Of a stretch of 64,000 nucleotides of DNA, positions 27,468 through 37,549 are shown piece after piece. Numbering within the stretch: the first letter of the stretch is position 1; each line of letters starts with the position of its first letter. Both the position numbers and the translations under genes were made by a program. The stretch spans positions 96,705 through 160,704 of IMG/VR virus record IMGVR_UViG_3300047564_003843; one strand, 5' to 3'. Under the pieces are notes generated by a model. The model did no database searches. It was not told where the DNA came from and saw only the letters and a list, made by a program, of their open reading frames with translations. The stretch comes from a virus.

Positions 27468-29795
27468 TTATCCAAGCCATCCAGAGCGGTAGTAGATTCT
27501 TAAGCTTGCCCCACCCTTTGGGTTTCCAGCATCCTCAAACTCTATCTGATTATTGCCAGGAGCAATTTCAATAAAATCAGCAAGAACATCAACTCTTCCT
27601 CGAGCACCATCAACTTCTCCGTTAAAAGCAACTTCTCTATTTTTTGTATCAATTTCTAAAATATCTGCAGATAGGACAGCAGTAGCATTTGAAATACCTG
27701 GAGTAAAGATGACATCGTTCTTTTTAATAGCTTTTCCAGACGCCTGAGTTGCTGCTACTGTTCCAGAGACACTAGCAGTTCCTGAAGACCCAGTGAAAGG
27801 AAGACTTCCTGAAACAGTTGCTGTTCCACTAGGAGTTACTGTGGTCACGTTTTCAATACCTAAAAGCTCAAGAAAAACTGTTGTCACATTTGTACTTGGA
27901 ATATCTGTACCAGAGATTACTACCGTAAAAGAGTTTGCAGTAAGAATAGAAGCAACTTGCCTTGCATCTGTTCCGAACGGGGTTGTTCCAGAGAAACGAA
28001 CCTCTGCCCCAGTAAATAACCCATGAGAGCTATTTGTAACTACAGTTACTATATTTCCAGTCCTTGAGTAAGAACTTACTTTTCTAGTTGCAACCTCGAC
28101 AAAACCTGCAGATACCACTGTAGGAATTAAATTAGTAACGGTTTTTGAGTATGAGAAAGTGGTTGTACTAGGTATGGCTGTAATTACAAAAGTTCCATCA
28201 TAGGTAGGGTCTACCCCAGAAACCGTGACTCTTTCACCAATTATAAAATTATGTGGAGTTGTTGTTGTCAATATAACTGTATTAGAAGACGCCGAACGAG
28301 TTGCAATAGACCGTTCGTTTGCAGATGCTCTTTTATATGTAAAGCTGGTAGAAGTTGGTGTATCTAAAACTGTGTAATTCCCGTTAAAGTGAGAGTCTAC
28401 GTTTGAAATAGCCACTGACTCTCCTACAATAAAACCGTGAGCAGAGTTAGTAACTAAGCTTGCAATATTAGAAGTGAGCTGTTTGCTTACAATCTCTTTT
28501 GCATTTGTACGAGTTGCAGCATAGCTAAAAGTATTGCTAGTTACAGCAGTAATTCCATATGAACCGTCAAAAGGAATTCCAGCACCAGCCACGGTGGCTG
28601 TATCTCCAATAATAAATTGATGTACGTCAGAAGTTGTTATTGTTGCAATGTTAGATACAACAACTTTTCCTGTTATAGCTCTTGGCGGTACTCGAGTCTT
28701 TTGGTATGTAAAACTATTAGCATTTGGAGTTCCTGTAACTGTATATACCCCGTCAAAAAGACTATCTACTCCAGCTATTGTTACTGAATCGCCAGACCCA
28801 AAACCGTGAGGAGTTGTTGTCTCAAGTCGAGCAACAGTATTTAAAAGAGACTTAGAAACAATTTCACGCACTTCTGCAGACTGTGTTTCAAAAGTAAAAG
28901 TTGTGTCTGTAGGAACAGTTAATATCGACTGCTCTCCATCAAACGGAAATCCAACATTAGAGATATAGATACTGTCTCCAACTTTAAAATCATGCTTAGT
29001 TGTAGTTGTCAACGTAGCAATGTCCTTTAATTGAGTTGTATCAAAAACAAGCTGTTTATTTACAATAGACCTTGTAATGCTGCCTTTAAGAGACTGAGTT
29101 ATTAAAAGAAGCTTATCTGTTGTTCTGTTATAAATTGTAGCTGGAGAGGTTAAAGGTCCACTAATTTCTAAAATACAAGGAACAGGGTAATTTCCAATAT
29201 TGACTACTGAACCTGTTCCGTCATAGCCAGTTTCAATGTTACTTACAGGAACTTCTACAACGCTGTAGCCGTCTGGGCTAGCATCGTTCCAAGAATATTT
29301 AATTGGGTCTGCAGCGCGAAGACCGATTTCAAAGTTTGTTCTGCCACGAGCATTATCAGTGTTTATTTGAACATCCCCACTTAGACGAACAAAAGACGCT
29401 CTAATTGGGTCGTTACCAGTCTTTAGCCATGTTCCCTTATAAACCAAGTCGCAAGCGGCTACTAATCTATCTCGAGCTGTTTCCACCTGAGCAGGGTTTT
29501 GAACAAGGAAAGTTCCCTTTAAAACAAGACTTCTTGCAGCATATCGTCCTTGAACATCGTAAGAACCGTCACCAAATCCCCGAGCAATATCTGGCATTTC
29601 TGCTGGTGGCATAGACCACCAACCTTCAATATCTGTGACAACCCAAACAACACCAAATTCATCAATAGTGTTAAAAATAAAATCTCCAAGAATAATATTT
29701 GCTTGAAGTTTTAGTTTTTCTATTTCATTTGGTTGTAGGGGTGTAAGACCTCTATTAACGTAATAATTTTCCTGAGCTTGATTGTAAGAAGTCAT
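27468..29795 (-). CDS. Distal tail protein (Dit-like), evolved with six inserted beta modules
   Basis: Immediately after the TMP; EGWW...GDG, AADPIKY, NIGNYPV, IAPGNNQI, YRSGW. Confidence 0.8.
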   Translation of the reverse strand: MTSYNQAQENYYVNRGLTPLQPNEIEKLKLQANIILGDFIFNTIDEFGVVWVVTDIEGWWSMPPAEMPDIARGFGDGSYDVQGRYAARSLVLKGTFLVQNPAQVETARDRLVAACDLVYKGTWLKTGNDPIRASFVRLSGDVQINTDNARGRTNFEIGLRAADPIKYSWNDASPDGYSVVEVPVSNIETGYDGTGSVVNIGNYPVPCILEISGPLTSPATIYNRTTDKLLLITQSLKGSITRSIVNKQLVFDTTQLKDIATLTTTTKHDFKVGDSIYISNVGFPFDGEQSILTVPTDTTFTFETQSAEVREIVSKSLLNTVARLETTTPHGFGSGDSVTIAGVDSLFDGVYTVTGTPNANSFTYQKTRVPPRAITGKVVVSNIATITTSDVHQFIIGDTATVAGAGIPFDGSYGITAVTSNTFSYAATRTNAKEIVSKQLTSNIASLVTNSAHGFIVGESVAISNVDSHFNGNYTVLDTPTSTSFTYKRASANERSIATRSASSNTVILTTTTPHNFIIGERVTVSGVDPTYDGTFVITAIPSTTTFSYSKTVTNLIPTVVSAGFVEVATRKVSSYSRTGNIVTVVTNSSHGLFTGAEVRFSGTTPFGTDARQVASILTANSFTVVISGTDIPSTNVTTVFLELLGIENVTTVTPSGTATVSGSLPFTGSSGTASVSGTVAATQASGKAIKKNDVIFTPGISNATAVLSADILEIDTKNREVAFNGEVDGARGRVDVLADFIEIAPGNNQIEFEDAGNPKGGASLRIYYRSGWLG

Positions 29796-29796
29796 T

Positions 29797-32700
29797 TTAT
29801 GCAGCTCCTCGTCTCATTTGATAAGCAAGCTGACGTGATACAAGGTTTGCAAGCTCACGCTCATCCATACCAGCTGAAGGGTAAACATTTACTGTTATGC
29901 CTCTACCAGAACCACCTGCCATGTAATCAATCATGGCTTTATCACGCTTTGATAACCCGTCTGGGTCCAAAGGTTCAACGCGCTCTGCTCTTCCACCTTC
30001 ACCAATAAGGCTGAGCATTCCACCTCTTGTTGGTGGAACAATTCCACCCATAGCAAGTCTAGGTAGGCCAATCTCAAAACTTGGAAGTTTCTTTCCAAAT
30101 ACTTCAAAGCCACCAATTTTTAATCTCTTTGAAGCTACATTGCTGTTCCACCAGTTTTTAGCTAACTCCCAAGCGCCTTGTAGCCCACTAGATATAAAAC
30201 TCCAAATACCCTTAAGGTTGTTTGTAAATCTTTGTGGGATTCCCTTCACCCAACCAAGGACTTCTTCCATCTTAGTTTTTACAGCTTGATACGCTGTACC
30301 AAGACCATCAGAGACAAATCCCCAAATCTTTCCAGCACCATCAATAAATCTCTTAGGTAATCCTGTTAACCATGGAACTAAAGTATTTGTAAAGTATGTA
30401 GTTACTGCATTCCAAGCATCTTTAATCTTGTCTGATAAAAAGTTCCAAACTTTTCCTGCAAGCTCAAAAACTTTTTTAGGTAAGAATGTATACCAATCCC
30501 AAACAGTCTTAAACCAAGAAAGAAGAGTGTTCCATGAAGTGACAGCAGCATCCTTGAGGAAGTTCCAAACTTTGCCCGCTAACTCCATAACTTTTCCAGG
30601 AAGTGCAGTAAACCAAGGGAAGACAGTTTCAGTAAAGAATTTAGTGATTTCAGGCCAAAACTTGATAATTAAACTTGGAATAGGGAATAAGATAAATGCC
30701 AAAACTTCAAGGACTTTTTTACCAAAGTCCACAATTCCTGGGATTAAAGTTTCAGTAAAGAAAGTCTTAACCTTTGTCCAAATTTCTGGAACCTTTTCAC
30801 TAACTGCACCCCATACCTTTGAGAATATTTCTCCAATTTTTTTAGGAAGTTCTTTAAAGAAGGCAACAATCTTGTCCCAGTTTTCGATAATAAGAGGAAG
30901 AACTAGAAGAAGAATTCCAATAGGACCGCCAATTAAAGCAAGACCTCTACCAGCAGTGCGAGCAGCAGCTCCCAAACCTCTTAAAACGCCAGTCTTTACC
31001 TTTGCAGCACCAGTGCTTTTCTGCATTCCAGCCCTTGCTGCAGCAGAAGAAGTTGAAACTTTACGAAGACTTATAGCAGCTTGATCTGCAGATAGATAAA
31101 CGCCCCTCATCGCTGCTTTCTTTTGCTTATCTACAATCATCTGTTTTTGTAGTTCTTTTCTGGTTAAACCAGAACCAGTACGGAATTTACCAAATGGGTC
31201 ACGTATAAATTTAAGTAGTCCACTAAAAGTATTTTTAACTTTTAGAATCGAACCAATAATTCCTAGAAATACAAATCTTGCACCCTTACCTACAAGGGCA
31301 AATGCACGATATACAGCAAAGATACTTCCAGTAAATATCAAAATCTTTTGACCAATATCACTACCAAAAATATTTGTTAAAACTCTAAAAATCTTAGACA
31401 GTGTTTCAAAGAATATTTGAATAGCTCCGCTATCTGCAAACACCTTCACAAGTTTTGCAAACTCAACTACTACATCTCCCAAAGCAGGAAGAGTCCCAGA
31501 AAATTCTTCACCAATACTTCCAAAAATGTCAACTGCTTCATTAAGCTTGTCAAGAAGTATTCCAAAACCTTCAGAAGCTCCAACTTTGGCTGATTCACCA
31601 ACAATATTGCCAATTAAATCCAAAAGCTTTGTAAAGTTGGTTGTTAACCCATTTAAGAACGTTGTAAGACCTTCGTTATCAGCCCCACCGCTTGTAAATT
31701 CTTTCCATTTTGTAAAGGTGGTGTCTAAGTATTTAACAAAGATATCTGCAGCACCACCTGGGGCAATAACGTTGTCAATAATGTCGCCTAGAGAGCCAAA
31801 GCCCTTCTTGAAAGCATCTCCTAAGCCACTCGAGATTCTATTAATGTTTTCAAAAAACTCTGTAAGCTCTCCTGTAGCTTGTTTAGCTTTCATTGTTTTA
31901 TCAAAAGTTTCGCCAAGACGCTGAATCCATAAACCAAACTTGTCAATCAAAGGCTCAGCTGCAGCTAGAAGAGCAACAAGCCCGCCATAGAATCCAGCAG
32001 CACCTTTACCTACTCTTCTTAGGAGAGTGTCGTTGTTTTTCCATACCTTTTGAAGGTTAGCAAGATTTGTACCTTCAGTGAGTGCATTAGAAAAATCAAT
32101 AGCAATATCACCAAGAACTCCTCCAGTGCCTTCAAGCAGTGGAATAAGTTTTGGAAATAGGTTATCTACAAGATTTTGAATTGCTGTTTCAAGTTTAGGG
32201 AATAGGTTCTTTCCAGCGGCGGCTCTAAGTTTTTTAAACTCGCCTTGGATACTCATTAAGTATTTAACAAACCTTTGAGCCTCAGGGGATAAGCCAGCAA
32301 GAGCATCAGCAAAAGCATCTGCTCCAGGACCTTTTCGAGCGTCTGCTAATTCTTTTTCAGCATCTACAACATCACGAATAGCTAGTCCAATTTGACGATT
32401 GATGTCACGGACTGCTTTGCTTTTCTTTTCATCATTTGTTGCTTCATCTGTAGCTTCAGAAAGGGCTTTCTTTGCATCGTCAACTGATTTCAAAGATTTT
32501 GCATAATCAACAGCAGCATCTCCAGCTGCTTCTCGAGCATTTCTTTCTGCAATGGCAGCATCTTTAACAGCCTGAGAACCCTCGACGCCAACAGCAGTTG
32601 CTGCTTTTTCTTCTTTCTTTAAATCTTTATTTCGATCAATAGCCTTACGAAGGTTGAGGTCAGCCTCGGCAAATGCAAGCTCGGCTTCTTGTCGAGCACG

Positions 32701-33537
32701 AGAGTTTGGTGGGAGGTCTTGAACGCGTTGCAACGCATCTCTTGCTTTAATAAACTCAAGTCGTGCTTTTTTCTCGGAGATTGCAGCGCCTTCAGTCTCA
32801 AATCTGAGCTGCTGTAGTTTTTCTTTAGCCTCTTCACGAGTTTTATTAAGTTGCTGCGTTGCTTTATTACTTGCTTCCTGAGCATCTCGATAAGTGCGCT
32901 CAGAGCGAGAAGCAGAAATTTTTGCATCAGCAAGGTTCTCTTCTGCATCAAGCTGCCTTTTAGCTAATTGAGCAAGAAGTTCTGGTTTTCCTTCTGTTTG
33001 AAGACGCTTAAGTTTTAATGTAGCGTCTGAGACTCTTCGCCTAGCTGCTGCAATTGCTTTATCATTTGCAATAGAACCTTTCTGGGTTTTTAGTCCAGCT
33101 TTTAAAGCTTCACTAACACCAGAAAATGCAAGTTTTGCAGTTAGAGCAGCTTGCGCTACGGCACCTAAAGTAGCGGTCATTGCTACTAAACCACCTGCTG
33201 CTACTGCAGCTGCGGTTGCACCTAAAGTTAATAATCCACCACCTACAGCACCAATAGCTCCTGCTAAAGCAGTAAATGCAGGACCTAAAAAGTATCCTGT
33301 AGTGATTAATCTCTGTAAACCTAGTCGAGCGTCTTCAGCTTCTTTTCTAAACTTTGCACTAAAGAGTCCTCCTCTGTCCTTGTCACCGCTGGATAGCCCT
33401 CTTGAAAAAGAGTTGGAAATATCGCGTCCGTATCTTTCACCAATACCGTCTAAGCCTTCAAAGGCTCTTTGAATATCGGGACGAACGCGATTTGTGATAG
33501 CACGGACAATGACGTGTGCTTCACCTACTACTGCCAT
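29797..33537 (-). CDS. Tape measure protein
   Basis: 1246 aa, helical and Ala-rich; VVGEAHVIVR start; periodic W/F repeats; PRLAMGGIV...IGEGGRAERVEPL end. Confidence 0.92.
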   Translation of the reverse strand: MAVVGEAHVIVRAITNRVRPDIQRAFEGLDGIGERYGRDISNSFSRGLSSGDKDRGGLFSAKFRKEAEDARLGLQRLITTGYFLGPAFTALAGAIGAVGGGLLTLGATAAAVAAGGLVAMTATLGAVAQAALTAKLAFSGVSEALKAGLKTQKGSIANDKAIAAARRRVSDATLKLKRLQTEGKPELLAQLAKRQLDAEENLADAKISASRSERTYRDAQEASNKATQQLNKTREEAKEKLQQLRFETEGAAISEKKARLEFIKARDALQRVQDLPPNSRARQEAELAFAEADLNLRKAIDRNKDLKKEEKAATAVGVEGSQAVKDAAIAERNAREAAGDAAVDYAKSLKSVDDAKKALSEATDEATNDEKKSKAVRDINRQIGLAIRDVVDAEKELADARKGPGADAFADALAGLSPEAQRFVKYLMSIQGEFKKLRAAAGKNLFPKLETAIQNLVDNLFPKLIPLLEGTGGVLGDIAIDFSNALTEGTNLANLQKVWKNNDTLLRRVGKGAAGFYGGLVALLAAAEPLIDKFGLWIQRLGETFDKTMKAKQATGELTEFFENINRISSGLGDAFKKGFGSLGDIIDNVIAPGGAADIFVKYLDTTFTKWKEFTSGGADNEGLTTFLNGLTTNFTKLLDLIGNIVGESAKVGASEGFGILLDKLNEAVDIFGSIGEEFSGTLPALGDVVVEFAKLVKVFADSGAIQIFFETLSKIFRVLTNIFGSDIGQKILIFTGSIFAVYRAFALVGKGARFVFLGIIGSILKVKNTFSGLLKFIRDPFGKFRTGSGLTRKELQKQMIVDKQKKAAMRGVYLSADQAAISLRKVSTSSAAARAGMQKSTGAAKVKTGVLRGLGAAARTAGRGLALIGGPIGILLLVLPLIIENWDKIVAFFKELPKKIGEIFSKVWGAVSEKVPEIWTKVKTFFTETLIPGIVDFGKKVLEVLAFILFPIPSLIIKFWPEITKFFTETVFPWFTALPGKVMELAGKVWNFLKDAAVTSWNTLLSWFKTVWDWYTFLPKKVFELAGKVWNFLSDKIKDAWNAVTTYFTNTLVPWLTGLPKRFIDGAGKIWGFVSDGLGTAYQAVKTKMEEVLGWVKGIPQRFTNNLKGIWSFISSGLQGAWELAKNWWNSNVASKRLKIGGFEVFGKKLPSFEIGLPRLAMGGIVPPTRGGMLSLIGEGGRAERVEPLDPDGLSKRDKAMIDYMAGGSGRGITVNVYPSAGMDERELANLVSRQLAYQMRRGAA

Positions 33538-33552
33538 GCTCTCACCTCCTAG

Positions 33553-33990
33553 CTATCCGAGCGGTGCATCAAGTACTGTTCCAAATGGTTTTGACATTTC
33601 TGCGTCAAAATCAGTTGGTGGTACATAAGGTTTAGTTACGCTATTTGACGGATCAAATGGAACTAGATCGTCAAAGGACTGCGAGCCAGATGCGGTTGCA
33701 GTTGAACCTGCACTCGTATCAACTCTGTACTTGTAAGTCGTGCCATACAGCGTTCTGTAGATCACTGAACGCGACTCTGACTTTGCTGCTACTTGTTCTT
33801 GAGAGACAAGATTTAAATCATCCTCAAAATAGTAGTGAAGGACGTCGACCATATCAGCCGCATCCATTTCAGCTAGTTTCAGCCCGCTCACAATTGCTTT
33901 CCCATTAACGTAAGGCCAGAGATCTACTGCCCACTCGAGGAAGGCTCTGGCTGCTGCATAGGGCGGAGTGAATACTGTTCCACTAGCCAC
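33553..33990 (-). CDS. Tail assembly chaperone, downstream (T) frame; probably expressed as a -1 frameshift fusion
   Basis: Overlaps the G ORF by 67 nt in the -1 frame and lies directly before the TMP. Confidence 0.65.
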   Translation of the reverse strand: MASGTVFTPPYAAARAFLEWAVDLWPYVNGKAIVSGLKLAEMDAADMVDVLHYYFEDDLNLVSQEQVAAKSESRSVIYRTLYGTTYKYRVDTSAGSTATASGSQSFDDLVPFDPSNSVTKPYVPPTDFDAEMSKPFGTVLDAPLG

Positions 33991-34271
33991 GCAGTAATCT
34001 CACCGAGGGTGTCCACGGTTACGATTTTGTCTGGGTCGTTGAGAAGTGCATTGAACTTCTCCAAACTCTCTGAGAGAAGAGTCTTCTCAAAGAATTCGTT
34101 GATGGTTCGTGCTACCGCTGCACCATCAGACTCATCTGAATTTGCCACGATGGTAAGAAGTGTCTTGCCTTGAATTGCTGGTCGGCAATGAAACTCTTCA
34201 CCGTGAATCTTGAACGATAGTGGAGAGAACTCTTGAGCAGCTCCACCGAAGTCCTTGAATCGGTTTGTCAT
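33924..34271 (-). CDS. Tail assembly chaperone (G)
   Basis: Position upstream of the TMP; SFKIHGEEFHC...AWLVEQYSLRP. Confidence 0.75.
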   Translation of the reverse strand: MTNRFKDFGGAAQEFSPLSFKIHGEEFHCRPAIQGKTLLTIVANSDESDGAAVARTINEFFEKTLLSESLEKFNALLNDPDKIVTVDTLGEITAWLVEQYSLRPMQQPEPSSSGQ

Positions 34272-34325
34272 CCTGTTTCCTTTGTTTGTGTCTTTCCTAT
34301 TACTGGTGTAATAGGTGTATCTATT

Positions 34326-34715
34326 TTACCTAGCTAACCTAAGGTTATCTGTCAGATAACGATTAGGTCTTGTACCAGGGTGCTTCACTACATGGGCAAA
34401 AACTATTTGACCTCTTGTAGCAAACTTTAGAACTTGCTTTCTATTTGGCTTAATAATGTGCGGAGAAGTGCCTTCGTGATGCATTTTTGCATAGCTCAAG
34501 GTAGAGCCAACTCGAACATATTGACCTCTCGTGTCAGTAAAATGTCGCATATGAATGGATGCACGAAGTGCTCCAGTTCTAACACCGACTTGACGTCGAG
34601 CCCCACTCAAAACTCTTAGTCCTCTTGCTCTTAAATCTTTTCCTATTGGACCATTTGAAGACCTAAGCAGATACTCCATACCTGCTCTATTTTCTATAAA
34701 AATTACATCAGCCAT
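34326..34715 (-). CDS. HK97 gp10-like tail completion/neck protein
   Basis: VGVRTGALRASI, YAKMHHEGT, VKHPGTRPNRYL. Confidence 0.8.
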   Translation of the reverse strand: MADVIFIENRAGMEYLLRSSNGPIGKDLRARGLRVLSGARRQVGVRTGALRASIHMRHFTDTRGQYVRVGSTLSYAKMHHEGTSPHIIKPNRKQVLKFATRGQIVFAHVVKHPGTRPNRYLTDNLRLAR

Positions 34716-35221
34716 TATGGAACCACCATCGTGATTGTCATACGAGTTGTTTGAAATCCACCCTCGGGAGGAGCAGAGTCAACAGTTGCAATAACGCCCA
34801 TACCAAATGGACCATTAGTTGCCCAAGAATCGAATTGGTTAATACTTTCCATAAGAATCCAAGCATCGTAAGCTGCAACAACAGCTGCTGCTTGAATATC
34901 ATCAGCTAGAGGTGGTTGACCATTTTGCTGAACAATTGGGACCTCACGGGAGACAGAAATATTTAAGGTAACAGAGCGAGGGTCATTACAACGACGAGGC
35001 TCAGTTGCTTCATCTCCTGGAGTTCCTACATACATCTGAATAAGAGAAACAACAAGCTGTTCGCAGTCGACAACAGGAGTGGCTATATTCCAATAACGAC
35101 GTGCTGGAAGAGGCATGTCATAAGAGTTATAAACATTAATAACTCTATTTAAAACATCTTGCATCAAATTAGCCAAATTTTTAGCGTCATTTGACACACC
35201 AGTCACGTTAGGAAGTGCCAT
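34715..35221 (-). CDS. Putative tail terminator / head-tail connector
   Basis: Synteny between adaptor and gp10-like gene; DCEQLVV, PPEGG. Confidence 0.55.
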   Translation of the reverse strand: MALPNVTGVSNDAKNLANLMQDVLNRVINVYNSYDMPLPARRYWNIATPVVDCEQLVVSLIQMYVGTPGDEATEPRRCNDPRSVTLNISVSREVPIVQQNGQPPLADDIQAAAVVAAYDAWILMESINQFDSWATNGPFGMGVIATVDSAPPEGGFQTTRMTITMVVP

Positions 35222-35236
35222 TGTCTATCTCCGTCT

Positions 35237-36376
35237 CTAGGGAAGTGCTATAGGGGTTACAGGATTTCCTAGTTGATAAATAATGTTGCTTGTCAAAAGG
35301 TTTATTACTTCATCAACTGCAGGGTTACCTAGACTTGGTCTTGTTGCATAAAGGTCTAAAGTACCTGGGTCACGAGTACCGAGAATTGGAAGAATGTCTG
35401 TGTAATTAAGACTTAATCTAATTGTTCCCTCAGTACGGTCTAATGCTGCTGCCTCCGTAAAAGTTGTACTAGTTGTGTTTGTATAGTTGGAAACAGTTGC
35501 TGTAACTGTCCAAGCATTATCAAGAGTTAGGAAATCTCCACCAAACTCATCGAGGTAGTAAATGTTAGTTCCGCCTTCTTGGTTAAAGTACAAGTCAAAG
35601 GCAGACAGCTCGAAAGCAGGTGCCTGACCAATAATACGTCGAGCACGAGGAGTATCTGGGGAGAACACACGGGAACGGGCACGGGCTTTATCTGGGTTTG
35701 CAGTCTTTAAAAATAGGTCAACAGCGTAAACACCAGTGCGAAGGTCATCAATAAAGTCTTGAGAATCTAGAACAGTGTAAGAAACACCTTGTCTAGATAC
35801 AGAAGTTACCCGCTGAGGTAGGGCGCAGGTGTCATCTCCTTCATAGAGTTTTACAAGCTCTGTAGCAAGAATTCTGGCGGCTGCTTTACCTGCTACTGGT
35901 GGAGGAGAGCCATATGTGTATGTAACTTCCACATTAGAAGGAGTCCATGTGGCATTAGGAGTGCCATAAATAGTTGAGTGGTCAGCTAAATAATAAGTAT
36001 TTGGGTCAACAATATCTCCGTCACCTGTACGAAGAGCATGTACTCGAACCACTTTGCGACCACGAAGGCGTACACGGCTGTAGGAAGATGTTCCATCTCC
36101 TTGGTAATCATGGTGGGAATCAGAACCAAATCCCCCCTGAGGAAGGTTTTCTACTTGACCATTGATAAGAGTAGGAGAGTATGACAAGCGAGAAGCGCCA
36201 GCACGAAGATATGGGTCATACACCGAAACATAACGCTCGGTTACTGTAGTGGTGCCAGAGAACTTGCGGCCTGACATTGCCCAAAGCATGTAAGAGGCAG
36301 TCTTAACGGCTTCATAGGCATAATCAGATTCGGCATATATGCCTAACTCTTCTGTATCAACCCATAAGTTGCTCAT
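35237..36376 (-). CDS. Head-to-tail adaptor with C-terminal extension
   Basis: ASYMLWAMSGRKF, VTYTYG.PPP, CALPQRVTSVSRQGVS, TGVYAVDLFL..ANP. Confidence 0.8.
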   Translation of the reverse strand: MSNLWVDTEELGIYAESDYAYEAVKTASYMLWAMSGRKFSGTTTVTERYVSVYDPYLRAGASRLSYSPTLINGQVENLPQGGFGSDSHHDYQGDGTSSYSRVRLRGRKVVRVHALRTGDGDIVDPNTYYLADHSTIYGTPNATWTPSNVEVTYTYGSPPPVAGKAAARILATELVKLYEGDDTCALPQRVTSVSRQGVSYTVLDSQDFIDDLRTGVYAVDLFLKTANPDKARARSRVFSPDTPRARRIIGQAPAFELSAFDLYFNQEGGTNIYYLDEFGGDFLTLDNAWTVTATVSNYTNTTSTTFTEAAALDRTEGTIRLSLNYTDILPILGTRDPGTLDLYATRPSLGNPAVDEVINLLTSNIIYQLGNPVTPIALP

Positions 36377-36401
36377 TGCGTCCCTTTCTACAAATGTGAA
36401 T

Positions 36402-36453
36402 AGGGGCGGGCAGGGAACCGAGTGCTAAACACAAACGGCATCTGCCCGCCCCT
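36402..36453 (-). terminator. 12-bp GC-rich hairpin after the major tail gene (possibly bidirectional)
   Basis: AGGGGCGGGCAG / CTGCCCGCCCCT, followed by TTTT on the + strand. Confidence 0.6.
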
Positions 36454-36467
36454 TTTTCCTACTATTA

Positions 36468-37514
36468 CTAGGCGGATGGATCCTCAGTCGACGCAATGAT
36501 GAAGTCGATTGGTAGATCTGGGTTGTAGGTATCAGAGCCTGGAACGTTATATCCAGTTTCTGAACCTTGGCTATCGAAGTCAGAGACTGCGAGATATCCG
36601 CGGTTACGAGTTGCTGAACCAGCTGGGCTTACTGCTGCTGATGGAACATCAGTTGCTGTCTTAGCAAAACGGAAGGATGTTGGAGTTGGAGCTGCAGTAA
36701 TTGTGTAAGTTCCGTTGAATGTTGAATCAACGCCCTCGACTGTTACTGACTGACCAACTTCAAACCCGTGTGCAGAACCTGTTGTAAGGGTTGCAGTGTT
36801 TGAAGTGAGAGACTTGTTGGTGATTGTCTTTGTTGACAAATCGAACCAGCGGTAGAAGCCCTTTAGTCCTTCTGGTGCCCAGTTTGAACGAGCATATGAA
36901 TATGGACGTTCTGCAGCTACTGGGAACTCCCAGCGGCCATCTAGACCCATTTCGAACTGTGGGTTTCCAAGGCCGTAGCCTTCGAAGGTGTTCGCAAGCA
37001 AACCATTTTCAATAACACGGTCACCGCTTTGACGAAGCTTGCAATATGGGAATACCCAGTAGAAGTATGGAAGTGTGGTGTCACGCTTTCCGTCCTTCAC
37101 TGCAAATGACCATACTTCAATTGAAACGCCGTTTCCAGCAGGGTCGTCGCCAACAGCTGGTGCGGCCCAACCGATTGACTTGTTATCAGGTGATGCATAT
37201 GAACCAAAATTCTTGCGGAGAAGTAGACCGCCAGACATTAGAGCTGAAAGCTCAGTGTCTGGTTCGCAAATCGCGATCTCCATAGTGATGCGCTTTAGAG
37301 TGTCAGGGGCTTTGTATGACACGCATACAGTACCGTCTGCTGACTTCTCTACAATTTCGTCACCCTCTTCATATTCAGGGGTGAATGATGCGCGAAGAAA
37401 CGCCGAGGTGGTGTAAGAGTCACCTGCTCCATTAAGCAGGTTACCAGCGGCGTCCAGTCGAGTGACTCGGATCGCCACACCTTGGACGCTAGCCGCGTAG
37501 TCCTGTGTAGCCAT
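36468..37514 (-). CDS. Major tail (tube) protein with accessory C-terminal beta module
   Basis: IRVTRLD, EYEEGDEI.EKSADG.VC, GVSIEVWS, YFYWVFP; extra HGFEVG module. Confidence 0.85.
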   Translation of the reverse strand: MATQDYAASVQGVAIRVTRLDAAGNLLNGAGDSYTTSAFLRASFTPEYEEGDEIVEKSADGTVCVSYKAPDTLKRITMEIAICEPDTELSALMSGGLLLRKNFGSYASPDNKSIGWAAPAVGDDPAGNGVSIEVWSFAVKDGKRDTTLPYFYWVFPYCKLRQSGDRVIENGLLANTFEGYGLGNPQFEMGLDGRWEFPVAAERPYSYARSNWAPEGLKGFYRWFDLSTKTITNKSLTSNTATLTTGSAHGFEVGQSVTVEGVDSTFNGTYTITAAPTPTSFRFAKTATDVPSAAVSPAGSATRNRGYLAVSDFDSQGSETGYNVPGSDTYNPDLPIDFIIASTEDPSA

Positions 37515-37549
37515 TCCAGTGTGCTCCTTATTCTATGTTGTTGTTGCTT

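Noticed and set aside
36420-36428. Single CIRCE half-site GAGTGCTAA in the loop of the post-tail hairpin
   Set aside because: No partner arm; a lone 9-mer is expected by chance in a 64 kb double-stranded window.
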